A stretch of DNA of 64,000 nucleotides from Thermovirgaceae bacterium (GTDB lineage Bacteria > Synergistota > Synergistia > Synergistales > Thermovirgaceae), in contig JBNGCT010000001.1 of NCBI GenBank assembly GCA_049974965.1, positions 2,624 to 66,623 on the forward strand, in the 5' to 3' direction. The notes below the pieces were generated by a model. That model ran no database searches. It was not told the origin of the DNA and worked only from the letters and a program-made list of their open reading frames with translations. Both the position numbers and the translations under genes were made by a program. Below are positions 16,978 through 27,098 of the stretch, one piece after another. Every line of letters starts with the position of its first letter. Position 1 is the first letter of the stretch.

Positions 16978-18252
16978 TCACTCTCCCTGTGCGAAAGCCG
17001 CAATATCCTTGCGGTAATGCAGGTGTTTGAAAGAGATCTTTCCCACGGCGTCATATGCCCGCTTTCGGGCTTCGCCGATGCAGCCTCCGGTTCCGACGAC
17101 GGTCAGGACCCTGCCTCCGTTCGTCATGAACCTTCCGCCGGATTTCCGGGTACCTGCGTGGAAAACGAATGTCCTGGCGGCGGAAGCCAATGATTCAAGT
17201 CCCGTGATTTCAAACCCTTTCTCATAATGGCCTGGATAACCGCCTGAGGCCATGACGACGCCGACGGCGGAATCACCCGTAGGTTTCCAGGAAACGCTTG
17301 CGAGATCACCGTGACAGGCCGCCCAGGCGGCTTCAGCGAAATCGCCCGGAAAAACGGGGAGGACCACCTGCGTCTCAGGATCCCCCAAGCGGACATTGTA
17401 TTCAAGGACTTTGAATGTGCCGTCATCGCCCAGCATGAGCCCGCAGTAGAGAACGCCCGTAAAGGGCACGCCTTCCGATGCGAGGCCCCTGATGGTCGGG
17501 GAAACGACTTTTGCCTCGATTTCTTTAAAAAAGTCCCCCGTGATCCAGGGAACCGGGCAAAAGGCTCCCATGCCTCCGGTATTGGGCCCCTGGTCGCCGT
17601 CAAAAACGCGTTTATGGTCTTGGCTTGGCGGAAGTATCTTCCAGGAAACTCCGTCGGTGATCACGAGGACAGTGAGTTCCTTTCCGGGCAGATGATCCTC
17701 GATGACGACAGTCCTTCCGGCTTCTTGCATCAGGCCTTCCTGTAGCATTTGTCTGCTGACGTCGAGTGCTTCTTCTCTTGTCTTGAGAACGAAAACGCCT
17801 TTGCCTGCCGCGAGACCGTGAGCCTTGACGATATACGGGGCGTGGCGTTTTGCAAGGGCCTCACCTGCTTCTTTCGGGGTGCGGCAAATGTCGAAATCCG
17901 CCGTCGGAATACCGTGACGGGCCATGAATTCCTTAGCGAAAGCCTTGCTGCCTTCAAGCTTCGCCCCGGCGGCCCGGGGGCCGAAAGCCGGGATACCCCG
18001 CTCGGCAAGTGCGTCAGCTATTCCGGCGACCAGGGGTGCTTCGGGGCCCACGATGACCATATCTGCCGCGATATGGTCGCAAATTCGGCACACCGTCTTG
18101 ACATCTTCGGGATTCCCTTCATGGATCTCGGCGATTTGCCCGATGCCCCCGTTCCCGGGCATACAGTGGAGCTCATCCACAAGGGGTGACTTGTTTAATG
18201 CCCATGCAAGCGCGTGTTCGCGTGCCCCGTTTCCGAGAAGAAGTAAACGCAT
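16978..18252 (-). CDS. purD: Phosphoribosylamine-glycine ligase
   Basis: GNGAREHA, VGPEAPL, LEGSKAFAK, GPNTGGMG, EYNVRLGDPE. Confidence 0.97.
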   Translation of the reverse strand: MRLLLLGNGAREHALAWALNKSPLVDELHCMPGNGGIGQIAEIHEGNPEDVKTVCRICDHIAADMVIVGPEAPLVAGIADALAERGIPAFGPRAAGAKLEGSKAFAKEFMARHGIPTADFDICRTPKEAGEALAKRHAPYIVKAHGLAAGKGVFVLKTREEALDVSRQMLQEGLMQEAGRTVVIEDHLPGKELTVLVITDGVSWKILPPSQDHKRVFDGDQGPNTGGMGAFCPVPWITGDFFKEIEAKVVSPTIRGLASEGVPFTGVLYCGLMLGDDGTFKVLEYNVRLGDPETQVVLPVFPGDFAEAAWAACHGDLASVSWKPTGDSAVGVVMASGGYPGHYEKGFEITGLESLASAARTFVFHAGTRKSGGRFMTNGGRVLTVVGTGGCIGEARKRAYDAVGKISFKHLHYRKDIAAFAQGE

Positions 18253-18285
18253 GTATTTTCGCCTGCCTTCCAGGGATCAGGATTC

Positions 18286-19815
18286 CTAATGCCGGAATGT
18301 TCTTGCGCCCGTCAGGAACATGCTGATACCGAGGCGTTCCGCCGCATGGAAGACTTCTTCATCCCTGATGGAGCCTCCCGGTTGGATGACGGCGGAAATG
18401 CCCGCCTTCGCGGCTTGCTCGAGGGAGTCTGCAAACGGGAAGAACGCATCCGAGGCCAGTACCGCCCCGCGGGCCTTGTCTTTAGCCTGTTCCAGCGCCC
18501 ACCTGACGGCGCCGACCCTGCTGGTGAATCCCGAGCCGATCCCCACGGAAGCTCCCGAGCCGGCGACGACAATGGCGTTGCTCTTGCACAATGCCGCCGT
18601 TTTCCATCCGAAAATCAATTCATCCCAGAGATCTTTCCTGGGTTTTCCGACCCAACGTCCTTTCCCTTCTTCAGGAACCGGCGGAAGACGGTCCTCCTGC
18701 ATGAGTAACCCGCTCCATGTGCCCGTCACCTGGATGGGTGAGATTCGACCGCCTTTCCATTCCAGGACCCTGAGATTCGGGCGCTTTTCGCGAAGCTTTT
18801 CCGCGACTTTTTCAGGGACCGCAGGAGCGACGAGGACCTCGGCGAAGTTTTCGGACAATGCCTCGGCAGCCTCTTCCGTGAGGGCTCTGCTGAAACCGAT
18901 GATACCGCCGAATGAGGAAACGGCGTCGCAGGCAAAGGCCTTTTCGTAGGCCTCCATCGGTGTTTCGCCTGTAGCGAGGCCGCAGGGCGTCGTGTGCTTG
19001 ATGATGACGCAGGCGCATTCAGACTGAAAAAGTGCACAGGCTCTCAGTGCACAGTCAACGTCAAGAATGTTGTTATAGGAGAGCGGTTTCCCCGAAACCT
19101 GGCTCCAGGGAAGTTCTGTCAAAGGAGGCAGATACAGTGCTGCACTCTGATGAGGATTTTCGCCGTAACGGAGGTCGAGGGCCTTTATAAAAGCGCCGGG
19201 GATCTTTTCAGGGAACATTTCCAAAGGCGCTCCCGTTTCCCTCGACAGGCCGCGGAAAATGGCGGCGTCATACCAGCAGGTTGAGGAAAAGGCCTTGAGC
19301 GCGAGTTTTTCTTTCATCCGTAGGGTCACATCGCCTTGCGCGCGGATCTCGTCGATCACGGCAGTGTAATCTGAAGGATCGACGATACAGACGACATCCC
19401 GGAAATTTTTCGCCGCCGCCCGTATCAGGGTGACACCTCCGATATCGATATTTTCCAAAAGCAAATCCAGATCGGCTCCCCCGGCAGCGCAATCTTCAAA
19501 AGGGTAGAGATTACAGACGACGATGTCGACCAGAGGAATCTCGAAAGACTTTATGTCCCGAAGGTCCTGCGGGGCCTGCCTGCGCGCAAGAATGCCGCCG
19601 ATAATCGATGGATGAAGGGTTTTGACGCGTCCGCCGAGAAGGTGCGGATATCCTGTCAGCTCGGCAACTTCGGTGACTTCGATGCCTTCCTGCCTGAGGA
19701 ATTCAGCTGTCCCCGAGCTCGAGATGATTTCGAAGTCCATCTCAGCGAGAGCCCGGGCAAAGGGACCAAGTCCATTTTTGTCAAATGTTGAAATGAGCGC
19801 CCGTCTTCTGGTCAT
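18286..19815 (-). CDS. purH: Bifunctional AICAR transformylase / IMP cyclohydrolase
   Basis: GGRVKTLHP, NIDIGG, LRYGENPHQ, ASDAFFPF, QPGGSIRD, C-terminal FRH. Confidence 0.97.
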   Translation of the reverse strand: MTRRRALISTFDKNGLGPFARALAEMDFEIISSSGTAEFLRQEGIEVTEVAELTGYPHLLGGRVKTLHPSIIGGILARRQAPQDLRDIKSFEIPLVDIVVCNLYPFEDCAAGGADLDLLLENIDIGGVTLIRAAAKNFRDVVCIVDPSDYTAVIDEIRAQGDVTLRMKEKLALKAFSSTCWYDAAIFRGLSRETGAPLEMFPEKIPGAFIKALDLRYGENPHQSAALYLPPLTELPWSQVSGKPLSYNNILDVDCALRACALFQSECACVIIKHTTPCGLATGETPMEAYEKAFACDAVSSFGGIIGFSRALTEEAAEALSENFAEVLVAPAVPEKVAEKLREKRPNLRVLEWKGGRISPIQVTGTWSGLLMQEDRLPPVPEEGKGRWVGKPRKDLWDELIFGWKTAALCKSNAIVVAGSGASVGIGSGFTSRVGAVRWALEQAKDKARGAVLASDAFFPFADSLEQAAKAGISAVIQPGGSIRDEEVFHAAERLGISMFLTGARTFRH

Positions 19816-20414
19816 ACCGGTTGCCTCCTCCTGAATGCGTGCAGATTCCCGTTTCCTGAGAAATCCCTCAGGACACGGGAATAGATCCGGTGCTCTACAT
19901 CGTGGATTTTCCGATGAAGGCTTTCCAGTGTGCCGTCCCGGTCAACGCGGACCGGCTCCTGCGCGATGATCGGTCCATGGTCAACCTGTTCGTCGACAAG
20001 GTGCACCGTGACCCCTGTGACACAGACCCCGGCTTCCCAGGCCCTTTCGATTGATCCCGTCCCCGGGAAGGCCGGAAGAAGTGAGGGGTGGATATTGATA
20101 ATCTTCCCGGCAAGCTGCTTCACGAACCAGGGTGAAAGGACCCGCATGAAGCCGGCGAGCACGACCAGGTCGATTCTTTCGCGAATGATTTTTTCTAGAA
20201 GGCTGCTTTCTGCACCATGTCTGCCTTTTTCTCCATAGGGGATTATCTGTACAGGTATTTCAAGTGACCGGGCCTTCTCGAGCCCCGGCGCTTCGGGTTT
20301 GTCTGAAGCCACGAAAATGACGGAGGCATCTATGAAACCGGAGCTGCAGTTTTTTATGATTCTTTCCATATTGCTGCCCCTGCCGGAAATAAGAAGAGCC
20401 AAGCGTTTCTTCAT
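19812..20414 (-). CDS. purN: Phosphoribosylglycinamide formyltransferase
   Basis: ISGRGSN, LAGFMR, NIHPSLLP, GVTVHLVD...DHGPII. Confidence 0.97.
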   Translation of the reverse strand: MKKRLALLISGRGSNMERIIKNCSSGFIDASVIFVASDKPEAPGLEKARSLEIPVQIIPYGEKGRHGAESSLLEKIIRERIDLVVLAGFMRVLSPWFVKQLAGKIINIHPSLLPAFPGTGSIERAWEAGVCVTGVTVHLVDEQVDHGPIIAQEPVRVDRDGTLESLHRKIHDVEHRIYSRVLRDFSGNGNLHAFRRRQPV

Positions 20415-21403
20415 TTCGAAACTTCCCCGATGACGAGGGGCTGTTCGCCAGTTTTTTCGAGAATGCGGAAGGCTTCGTCAATCTTTTCTTCCGGGAGGAT
20501 AAAGGCGAACCCGATCCCCAGATTGAAGACCTTTCTCATTTCTTCCTCGGAAACACCTTTTGCCGCGATGTAGTTAAAGATTTCGGGCCGATGCCACGAA
20601 CCCCATTCAAGCCTGCAGGAAAGACCTTCCGGCAGGACGCGGGAAATGTTTTCCTCAAGGCCGCCGCCGGTAATGTGTGCCATTGCCGAAACGGTGATTT
20701 TTTCATGAAGTTCGAGGGCCTGCCTGACGTAGAGTCTGGTGGGGCAAAGAAGAGTGGAGGAAAGCGTCTCCCCGAGTTCAGGAACAAAATCCTCAAGGGC
20801 TGCTGGATGTTTTGATCCGAGTAGTACTTTCCGGACAAGGCTGAAGCCGTTGCTGTGTATTCCGGAGCTTTTCAGGCCGACGATTTTGTCGCCCGCCGAT
20901 ATTTTCTCACCGGTGACGAGTTTCTCCTCTTCCACAATTCCCACGGAGAAACCGGCAATGTCGATTCCGTCAGCGGCGTATACATCGGGCATTTCCGCCG
21001 TTTCACCGCCAAGAAGGGCGCATCCTGTCTTTTGGCATGCCTGAACCATGCCTTTGAGAACCGGCTCGAGGCGTGCCACATTCAGTGAACCGCAGGCAAT
21101 GTAATCCAGAAAGAAAAGGGGTTTCGCTCCACAGGTCACGAGGTCGTTCACATTCATGGCAACGAGGTCGATGCCGACGGTTTCATAGGAATCTGCAAGA
21201 CGTGCAATTTCGATCTTTGTCCCGACGCCGTCGGTGCAAGCTGCAAGAAGCTTTCCTTCCGCGAGCCGGTAAAGACCCGCAAAACCGCCCAGACCGCCCA
21301 CGACATCAGGGTCCCCGATGGCCGATACATGCCGGCGGATTATCTGGATCCAGGAAGCAGCGCCTTTGAGATCGACGCCGGCGTCCTTATAGGTCCATTT
21401 CAT
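20411..21403 (-). CDS. purM: AIR synthetase
   Basis: YKDAGVD, TDGVGTK, VAMNVND, GGETAEMP, SSGIHSNG, HITGGG. Confidence 0.97.
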   Translation of the reverse strand: MKWTYKDAGVDLKGAASWIQIIRRHVSAIGDPDVVGGLGGFAGLYRLAEGKLLAACTDGVGTKIEIARLADSYETVGIDLVAMNVNDLVTCGAKPLFFLDYIACGSLNVARLEPVLKGMVQACQKTGCALLGGETAEMPDVYAADGIDIAGFSVGIVEEEKLVTGEKISAGDKIVGLKSSGIHSNGFSLVRKVLLGSKHPAALEDFVPELGETLSSTLLCPTRLYVRQALELHEKITVSAMAHITGGGLEENISRVLPEGLSCRLEWGSWHRPEIFNYIAAKGVSEEEMRKVFNLGIGFAFILPEEKIDEAFRILEKTGEQPLVIGEVSK

Positions 21404-22766
21404 AATCGTCGCCTCCCTGGAGGTATTCACCGGTGAAACAGGCGGTACAGACTTTTGAAGCGGAAAGGCCTATGGCGTCGATCATGTCTTCAACACTGAT
21501 GTAAGCGAGGGAATCGGCACCAATGTTTTTGCACAGCGTCTCGGTACTCATCCTTGCCGCTGCAAGTTCCTCGCAGGTAGGCGTGTCGATCCCGTAATAA
21601 CAGGGGAACCTGACGGGTGGTGATGCAATGCGCACATGAACCTCCCGGGCGCCTGAATCCCTGATCATGGAAATGACCCGCTGGACCGTGGTCCCCCTGA
21701 CGATGGAGTCGTCGACGACTACGATACTCTTGCCGTCGATCATGTTCCCGATAGGGTTGAGTTTTATTCTGACACCAAGGTCCCTGACGCGTTGTGTCGG
21801 TTCGATGAAGGTCCTTCCGACGTATCTGTTCCTGACAATTGTTTTTTCGTAGGGAAGTCCCGATGCCTCGGCATAGCCGATTGCGGAAATCGTCCCGCTG
21901 TCGGGCATTCCGGTAGCCATATCAGCCTTCGGGCACGGACCGTCTTTTGCGAGGTTGCAGCCAAGGGCCTTTCGGACGGCATAGACCGATCGTCCGTCGA
22001 TGACGCTGTCGGGCCGGGCGAAATAGACATATTCGAAGGCACAAAGGTGTTTTCTTCGGGGTATTACAGGAATTCGGAGGCTTTTCATGCCCTTTTTGTC
22101 GATAACGAGAATCTCGCCGGGTTCCACGTCTCTTACGATCTCTGCACCGACGATATCGAGGGCGCAGCTCTCGGACGCCACGTAAGTGACTTCGTCCCGG
22201 CGACCGATGACGAGGGGTCGGAATCCCCATGGATCTCTTGCTGCAACCAGCCTGTCACCAAGAAGAACCGCGAGGCTGTATGCTCCCCGTAAAAGCCGGA
22301 GGGCACCGACAAGGGCATCAAGAGGCGGCTTGTGTGACTGGTGGGCCATCAGGTGAAGAATCGTTTCCGTATCGCTGGTTGATTGGAAAATCGCGCCACG
22401 GTTCTCGAGATACTGTCGTATTCCCGTGGCATTGGTGATATTACCGTTGTGGGCGATTGCAACGGCTCCGCGCGCATAATTCGCCGTGATGGGCTGGGCG
22501 TTTGAAAAACCGGCGCCCCCTGCCGTTGAGTACCGAACATGCCCTATGGCTGCACGTGAAGAAATGGAAGACAGTTCTCTCTGGTCCAGGGCGGTGTGAA
22601 CAAGCCCCGCTCCCCGCATGGCCTGTACATTTCCGGATCCCGGACTGTCGATCCAGGCGATTCCGGCGGTTTCCTGTCCACGGTGCTGCAAGGCATACAG
22701 CCCCAGATAGATATCTTCCAGGACGGAGTGACCGTCAGCGGAGAAAGCTCCGAAGACACCGCACAT
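21387..22766 (-). CDS. purF: Amidophosphoribosyltransferase
   Basis: N-terminal MCG, QHRGQE, GHVRYST, VDDSIVRGTT, CTACFTG. Confidence 0.97.
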   Translation of the reverse strand: MCGVFGAFSADGHSVLEDIYLGLYALQHRGQETAGIAWIDSPGSGNVQAMRGAGLVHTALDQRELSSISSRAAIGHVRYSTAGGAGFSNAQPITANYARGAVAIAHNGNITNATGIRQYLENRGAIFQSTSDTETILHLMAHQSHKPPLDALVGALRLLRGAYSLAVLLGDRLVAARDPWGFRPLVIGRRDEVTYVASESCALDIVGAEIVRDVEPGEILVIDKKGMKSLRIPVIPRRKHLCAFEYVYFARPDSVIDGRSVYAVRKALGCNLAKDGPCPKADMATGMPDSGTISAIGYAEASGLPYEKTIVRNRYVGRTFIEPTQRVRDLGVRIKLNPIGNMIDGKSIVVVDDSIVRGTTVQRVISMIRDSGAREVHVRIASPPVRFPCYYGIDTPTCEELAAARMSTETLCKNIGADSLAYISVEDMIDAIGLSASKVCTACFTGEYLQGGDDYEMDL

Positions 22767-22772
22767 GACATC

Positions 22773-24911
22773 TCATCCTTTCCGGGCGGCCAGCAGGTCC
22801 GCCACTTTCAAACGGAAATGCCCGTCAATGCAGAGTTCCTTGCCCTGGACACATCCGATTCGCCTGCACCCGAAAGATTCCCAGAGTTCGCAGAAATCTC
22901 TTTCTTTTTCCGCCGGAACGGCGTAAAGAGCCCTTGGCCCTCCTTCACTGAAGAAAACATCGAAGGCGCTTTCCAGTCCTTCTGGTTCGACTCTGGCTCC
23001 GATACCGGAAGCGATTGCCTCTTTTGCCAGGGCAACTGCAAGCCCTCCGCCCGCGACCGCCCGTCCGGACGAAGGCAGATGACGATGTGCCGTTTCAAGG
23101 GCGTTTTTGTGGAAAGCCTTTTCCAGGCTTACATTAAGAAACCATGGTTTTCCGCATAAAGTTCCCTCAAGGATTTGCTGGGACATGCTTCCGGCCGTTG
23201 CGCCCGTCAGCGGGCCCACGAGAAAGAGAGAATCCCCTTCATTCCATGATCCGCAGGCAAGATATCGGGCTTCTTTCTTGAGTAATCCAACGAGTCCCAC
23301 CACAGGGGAGGGATGGATTTTCTTCCCGGGGGAATCGTTATAGAGGCTGACATTGCCGGAGACGACCGGACAATCCATTCCCGACGCTGCGGCGGCGAGA
23401 CCTTTGACGGATTCTTCGAGAGCCCAAAAATTTTCCGCGTTTTCCGGAGACGGATAGTTCAGGCAATCCGTCGCACCGAGAAGTTCCGCTCCGCAGACGG
23501 AGAGAGGGCGGGACGCCTTCATGAACGTTTCCGCCCCGCCCATGTAGGGATCAAGAGCACATGCCCAGGGATTACAATCCATTGTCAATGCAACCAGCCG
23601 CTGTGTTCCCTTCACTCGAAGGACCGACACAGGACCTCCGGGAGGGACCACTGTGTTGATTTGTACCATGTGATCGTACTGTTCATATATCGGCGATTTG
23701 TCACGGAGGTTGAAAGAAGAGAGAAGTTCGACCAGATGTGTTTTCCAGTCAGCGCTTTGCGCATTGGGACAAGTTTCATTTCGGGGCTTCTTCGGTGGAG
23801 CGGAAGGCCAGTGTGTTTCGGGGCATCCGCCTCCGACCAGATCTGAGGGAAGGTCGACGACGGTTTTTCCCCTTTCGGTTATTCTGAAACGGCCGTCTTC
23901 GGTCATTTTGCCGATGGCGGCGCACTCCAGGTTCCATTTCCGGGCACACTCCGCGACTTTCCCGAAACCAGAACCATCGATGATCAGCAACATCCTTTCC
24001 TGCGATTCCGAGAGTGCTATTTCCCAGGCACTCATGCCGGATTCCCTCAGGGGGACCTGATCCGCTTCGATGGTGACGCCCGTTCCGCTCTTTGCCGCGA
24101 CCTCGCTTGCAGAGGACGTTATGCCGGCTGCTCCCATGTCCTGCATGCTAATGACAAGTCCAAGGCCGATCAGTTCATGACAGCATTCGATGACGAGTTT
24201 TTCCACGAAGGGATCGCCGATTTGCACCTGGGGGCGGCTTCCCTTGGTGTCTTCCTCAAGACCTGCCGACGCGAAGGCGGCGCCCGCGATGCCGTCGCGA
24301 CCGGTGCGCGAACCAAGCAGGACGGCGAGATGTCCCGGCCTGGCCGTGTTCGACCGGATGATTTTTTCATGTGGAACAAGGCCGACGCACATGGCATTGA
24401 CCAGCGGGTTCCCCTCATAGCAATCATCGAAAGCCGTTTTGCCGCCGACGGTCGGCACGCCCACCGCGTTTCCGTATCCGCCGATTCCTGAAACGACGCC
24501 CTCCATGAGGCCAGCCGTTTTCTTTTTTGACGGCTCGCCGAAAAACAGTCCGTCCATGCACGCCATTGGCCACGCTCCCATGGCGAGCACGTCGCGGATA
24601 ATTCCACCCACTCCTGTGGCGGCGCCCTGGTGCGGGGACACGGCGGACGGGTGATTGTGGCTTTCAACCTTGAAAGCCACTGCGAGACCGTCACCGATGT
24701 CAACGATTCCGGCGTTTTCCCCGGGGCCCTGGATCACATGTGGACCAGTTGAGGAAAAGTTCTTCAGCAGCGCCTTCGTCGACTTGTAGCTGCAATGTTC
24801 CGACCACATGACTCCCATAATCCGCAGCTCGGCTTCGTTCGGCTGTCTCCCGAGCTTCCGGCAGATGATTTCGTATTCTTCCCTGCGGAGTCCACAATCC
24901 TCGTAGTTCAT
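22773..24911 (-). CDS. purL: FGAM synthase subunit PurL
   Basis: WSEHCSYK, ESHNHPS, GVGGIIRD, DMGAAG, SESQERM. Confidence 0.97.
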   Translation of the reverse strand: MNYEDCGLRREEYEIICRKLGRQPNEAELRIMGVMWSEHCSYKSTKALLKNFSSTGPHVIQGPGENAGIVDIGDGLAVAFKVESHNHPSAVSPHQGAATGVGGIIRDVLAMGAWPMACMDGLFFGEPSKKKTAGLMEGVVSGIGGYGNAVGVPTVGGKTAFDDCYEGNPLVNAMCVGLVPHEKIIRSNTARPGHLAVLLGSRTGRDGIAGAAFASAGLEEDTKGSRPQVQIGDPFVEKLVIECCHELIGLGLVISMQDMGAAGITSSASEVAAKSGTGVTIEADQVPLRESGMSAWEIALSESQERMLLIIDGSGFGKVAECARKWNLECAAIGKMTEDGRFRITERGKTVVDLPSDLVGGGCPETHWPSAPPKKPRNETCPNAQSADWKTHLVELLSSFNLRDKSPIYEQYDHMVQINTVVPPGGPVSVLRVKGTQRLVALTMDCNPWACALDPYMGGAETFMKASRPLSVCGAELLGATDCLNYPSPENAENFWALEESVKGLAAAASGMDCPVVSGNVSLYNDSPGKKIHPSPVVGLVGLLKKEARYLACGSWNEGDSLFLVGPLTGATAGSMSQQILEGTLCGKPWFLNVSLEKAFHKNALETAHRHLPSSGRAVAGGGLAVALAKEAIASGIGARVEPEGLESAFDVFFSEGGPRALYAVPAEKERDFCELWESFGCRRIGCVQGKELCIDGHFRLKVADLLAARKG

Positions 24912-25618
24912 TGCCGGCAGCCTCCCTTGTCAAGCCAGGTCCTGAGAGATTCCCATATGAAAGCCCCGTCGCGTGAACCGAGGATATTCTCTGCGGCCCG
25001 TTCGGGATGGGGCATGAGTCCCAGGACGTTGCCCTTCTCGTTTACGATTCCCGCTATGTGATCCAGAGCACCGTTGGGATTCCAGGAATCCGCGAGTGTT
25101 CCATCGGGGCCGCAATACCTGAAGACGACGCGGTTCTCTTTTTTGAGGCGGTCGAGATCATTTTCCGGCAAAAAATAAAGGCCTTCATGATGGGCAATGG
25201 GCATGTCAAGCACCTGCTTGGGTTCGCAACAAAGCGTGAAGGGCGTGTCCGTCCGTTCAACGCGAACGGTGCACTTCCTGCAGATGAAGGTCAAACTGTT
25301 GTTTGCCAGAATGGCCCCCGGCAGAAGCCGCAATTCGGTTAGCACCTGGAAACCGTTGCAGATCCCGAGAACGAGCCCGCCTGTTTCCGCGAACCGCCGG
25401 ACGGCATTCATGATCGGTGTTCGCGCCGCCATGGCTCCGCAACGGAGATAGTCTCCGTAGGAAAAGCCGCCGGGAAGAACAACAAGATCCACCTTGTCGG
25501 GCAGATCCTGGGATTCATACCAGATTCTTTCCGTTTTCGCCCCGACGGTGGTCTGGAGTGAATGGATCACGTCCCTGTCACAATTGCTTCCCGGAAAGAC
25601 GATGACAGCCGCACGCAT
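24908..25618 (-). CDS. purQ: FGAM synthase glutaminase subunit
   Basis: FPGSNCD, GGFSYGDY, GICNGFQ, MPHPER. Confidence 0.97.
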   Translation of the reverse strand: MRAAVIVFPGSNCDRDVIHSLQTTVGAKTERIWYESQDLPDKVDLVVLPGGFSYGDYLRCGAMAARTPIMNAVRRFAETGGLVLGICNGFQVLTELRLLPGAILANNSLTFICRKCTVRVERTDTPFTLCCEPKQVLDMPIAHHEGLYFLPENDLDRLKKENRVVFRYCGPDGTLADSWNPNGALDHIAGIVNEKGNVLGLMPHPERAAENILGSRDGAFIWESLRTWLDKGGCRQ

Positions 25619-25620
25619 GG

Positions 25621-25869
25621 TCAGTCTACAACCTTCACGTCAAAATTCTCGATCAATTCGTTGACGAGGAGTTCCGAGCACATTTTCGCACCCAGAGATT
25701 TCGCTTCATCTTTGTTTGGGGCATCGACGACAAGCCGTATATATTTCCCGATACGCACTTCGTTGAGCTCTTCAAAACCAAGTCTCAAAAGAGATTGCCT
25801 GACGGCCTTTCCCTGCGTGTCGAGCACTCCCTCTTTCAGATAAACGAGCACCTCCACTGTATAGTTCAT
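25621..25869 (-). CDS. purS: FGAM synthase subunit PurS
   Basis: GVLDTQG, VRIGK, LLVNELIE; between purC and purQ. Confidence 0.95.
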   Translation of the reverse strand: MNYTVEVLVYLKEGVLDTQGKAVRQSLLRLGFEELNEVRIGKYIRLVVDAPNKDEAKSLGAKMCSELLVNELIENFDVKVVD

Positions 25870-26588
25870 GATTCTTCCTCCTCACCGGACAACCTGCACC
25901 AGATTTCCCTGTAGGCTTCAAGCACGTTACCCATGTCCTTCCTGAATCTGTCCTTGTCCAGACTGTCCCCGCTCGAGGTATCCCGGAAACGGCAGGTGTC
26001 CGGTGAAATTTCATCGGCCAAGACGAGATCCCCGTCATCGGTTCGCCCGAATTCGAGTTTGAAGTCGACAAGGAGAATGTTTCTGGAAGCGAAGATGTCT
26101 CGAAGAGCATCATTCACTTTTCGTGTCGTTGATTTCATTTCTTCTATTTCATCGCGGGTGGCCCATCCAAAACTGACGGCCTGGTCTTCCGTGACGATCG
26201 GGTCGCCGAGAACGTCATCCTTGAGATAAAACTCGACAAGAGCGGGTTCGAGTTTCATATTTTCCGGCACTCCAAGTCTTTTGCAAAGAGATCCGGCCGT
26301 TACGTTCCGCAGGACGACCTCCAGGGGGATGATGCGTGTTTTTTTGACAAGCTGCCGTTTATTGTCTAGCATTTTTATGTAATGTGTGTTGATACCGGCT
26401 CCTGACAGCCTTTCAAAAAGATAGGCGCTGATCAGGTTGTTGAGGGTTCCCTTTCCCTCTTCCGTTGATTTCTTTTGCGCGTTGAATGCTGTCAGGCTGT
26501 CCTTGTACTCAAGGATGAGCTGTTTCGGATTTCCGCTTTCAAAAAGTTTTTTCGCCTTTCCTTCGTAAAGCGGTTGACGATTTTCCAC
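25866..26588 (-). CDS. purC: SAICAR synthetase
   Basis: LYEGKAK, IPLEVV.RN, DFKLEFG, ADEISPDTCR. Confidence 0.97.
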   Translation of the reverse strand: MENRQPLYEGKAKKLFESGNPKQLILEYKDSLTAFNAQKKSTEEGKGTLNNLISAYLFERLSGAGINTHYIKMLDNKRQLVKKTRIIPLEVVLRNVTAGSLCKRLGVPENMKLEPALVEFYLKDDVLGDPIVTEDQAVSFGWATRDEIEEMKSTTRKVNDALRDIFASRNILLVDFKLEFGRTDDGDLVLADEISPDTCRFRDTSSGDSLDKDRFRKDMGNVLEAYREIWCRLSGEEEES

Positions 26589-26625
26589 AGGAAATCACCA
26601 GGCTTTCCTCTCTGGATTTTATACC

Positions 26626-26658
26626 TGACATTATTTAGCTTTCCAAAGATAATGTCAA
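26626..26658 (-). promoter_or_regulatory. pur operon promoter region with inverted repeat (candidate operator)
   Basis: Minus strand TTGACA-17 nt-AATAAT; embedded TGACATTAT-14 nt-ATAATGTCA inverted repeat. Confidence 0.55.
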
Positions 26659-26683
26659 CGTTTTGACCGTGATGGAAACCAGG

Positions 26684-26853
26684 GTTGAGATCAATAAGAC
26701 GGGTACCACGATATTGCTCGTCGAACAGATGGTGCAGGAAGCCCTCGAAATCGCCCGCAGGGGCTACGTTATCCAGACGGGTCACATCGTTCATTCCGGT
26801 ACGGCCCGCGAGCTTCTTGATTCCGAGGAAGTACGCAAGGCGTACATGGGCAT
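26684..26853 (+). pseudogene. livF: 3' remnant of a LivF-type branched-chain amino acid ABC ATPase
   Basis: INKTGTTILLVEQ...ALEIARRGYVIQTG...LLDSEEVRKAYMGM; Walker A/B and signature absent; no partner genes. Confidence 0.85.
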
Positions 26854-27098
26854 GCAGGGACCGTCAAAATGCGGCGACCGGGTTTTTTGTTGTGCCTTTG
26901 CGCGGATTGCATATAACATGTAACCTTCAACACATGTGAGGAAGGTGTCCCCCGAACGAGGGGACACCTTCCCGTCTTCGACGAAACGCCCGGTACCAGG
27001 AGTGTTCCGTCGGCACCGCAAAACGGAGATCAGCCCTTTTTCGGTTCAGGAAACACGGCGAGAGAGGGATTCAGGAGAGAAAGGATTTCCCAGACCGG

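Noticed and set aside
26589-26683. Purine or ZTP riboswitch before purC
   Set aside because: No conserved aptamer core visible and the leader is very short
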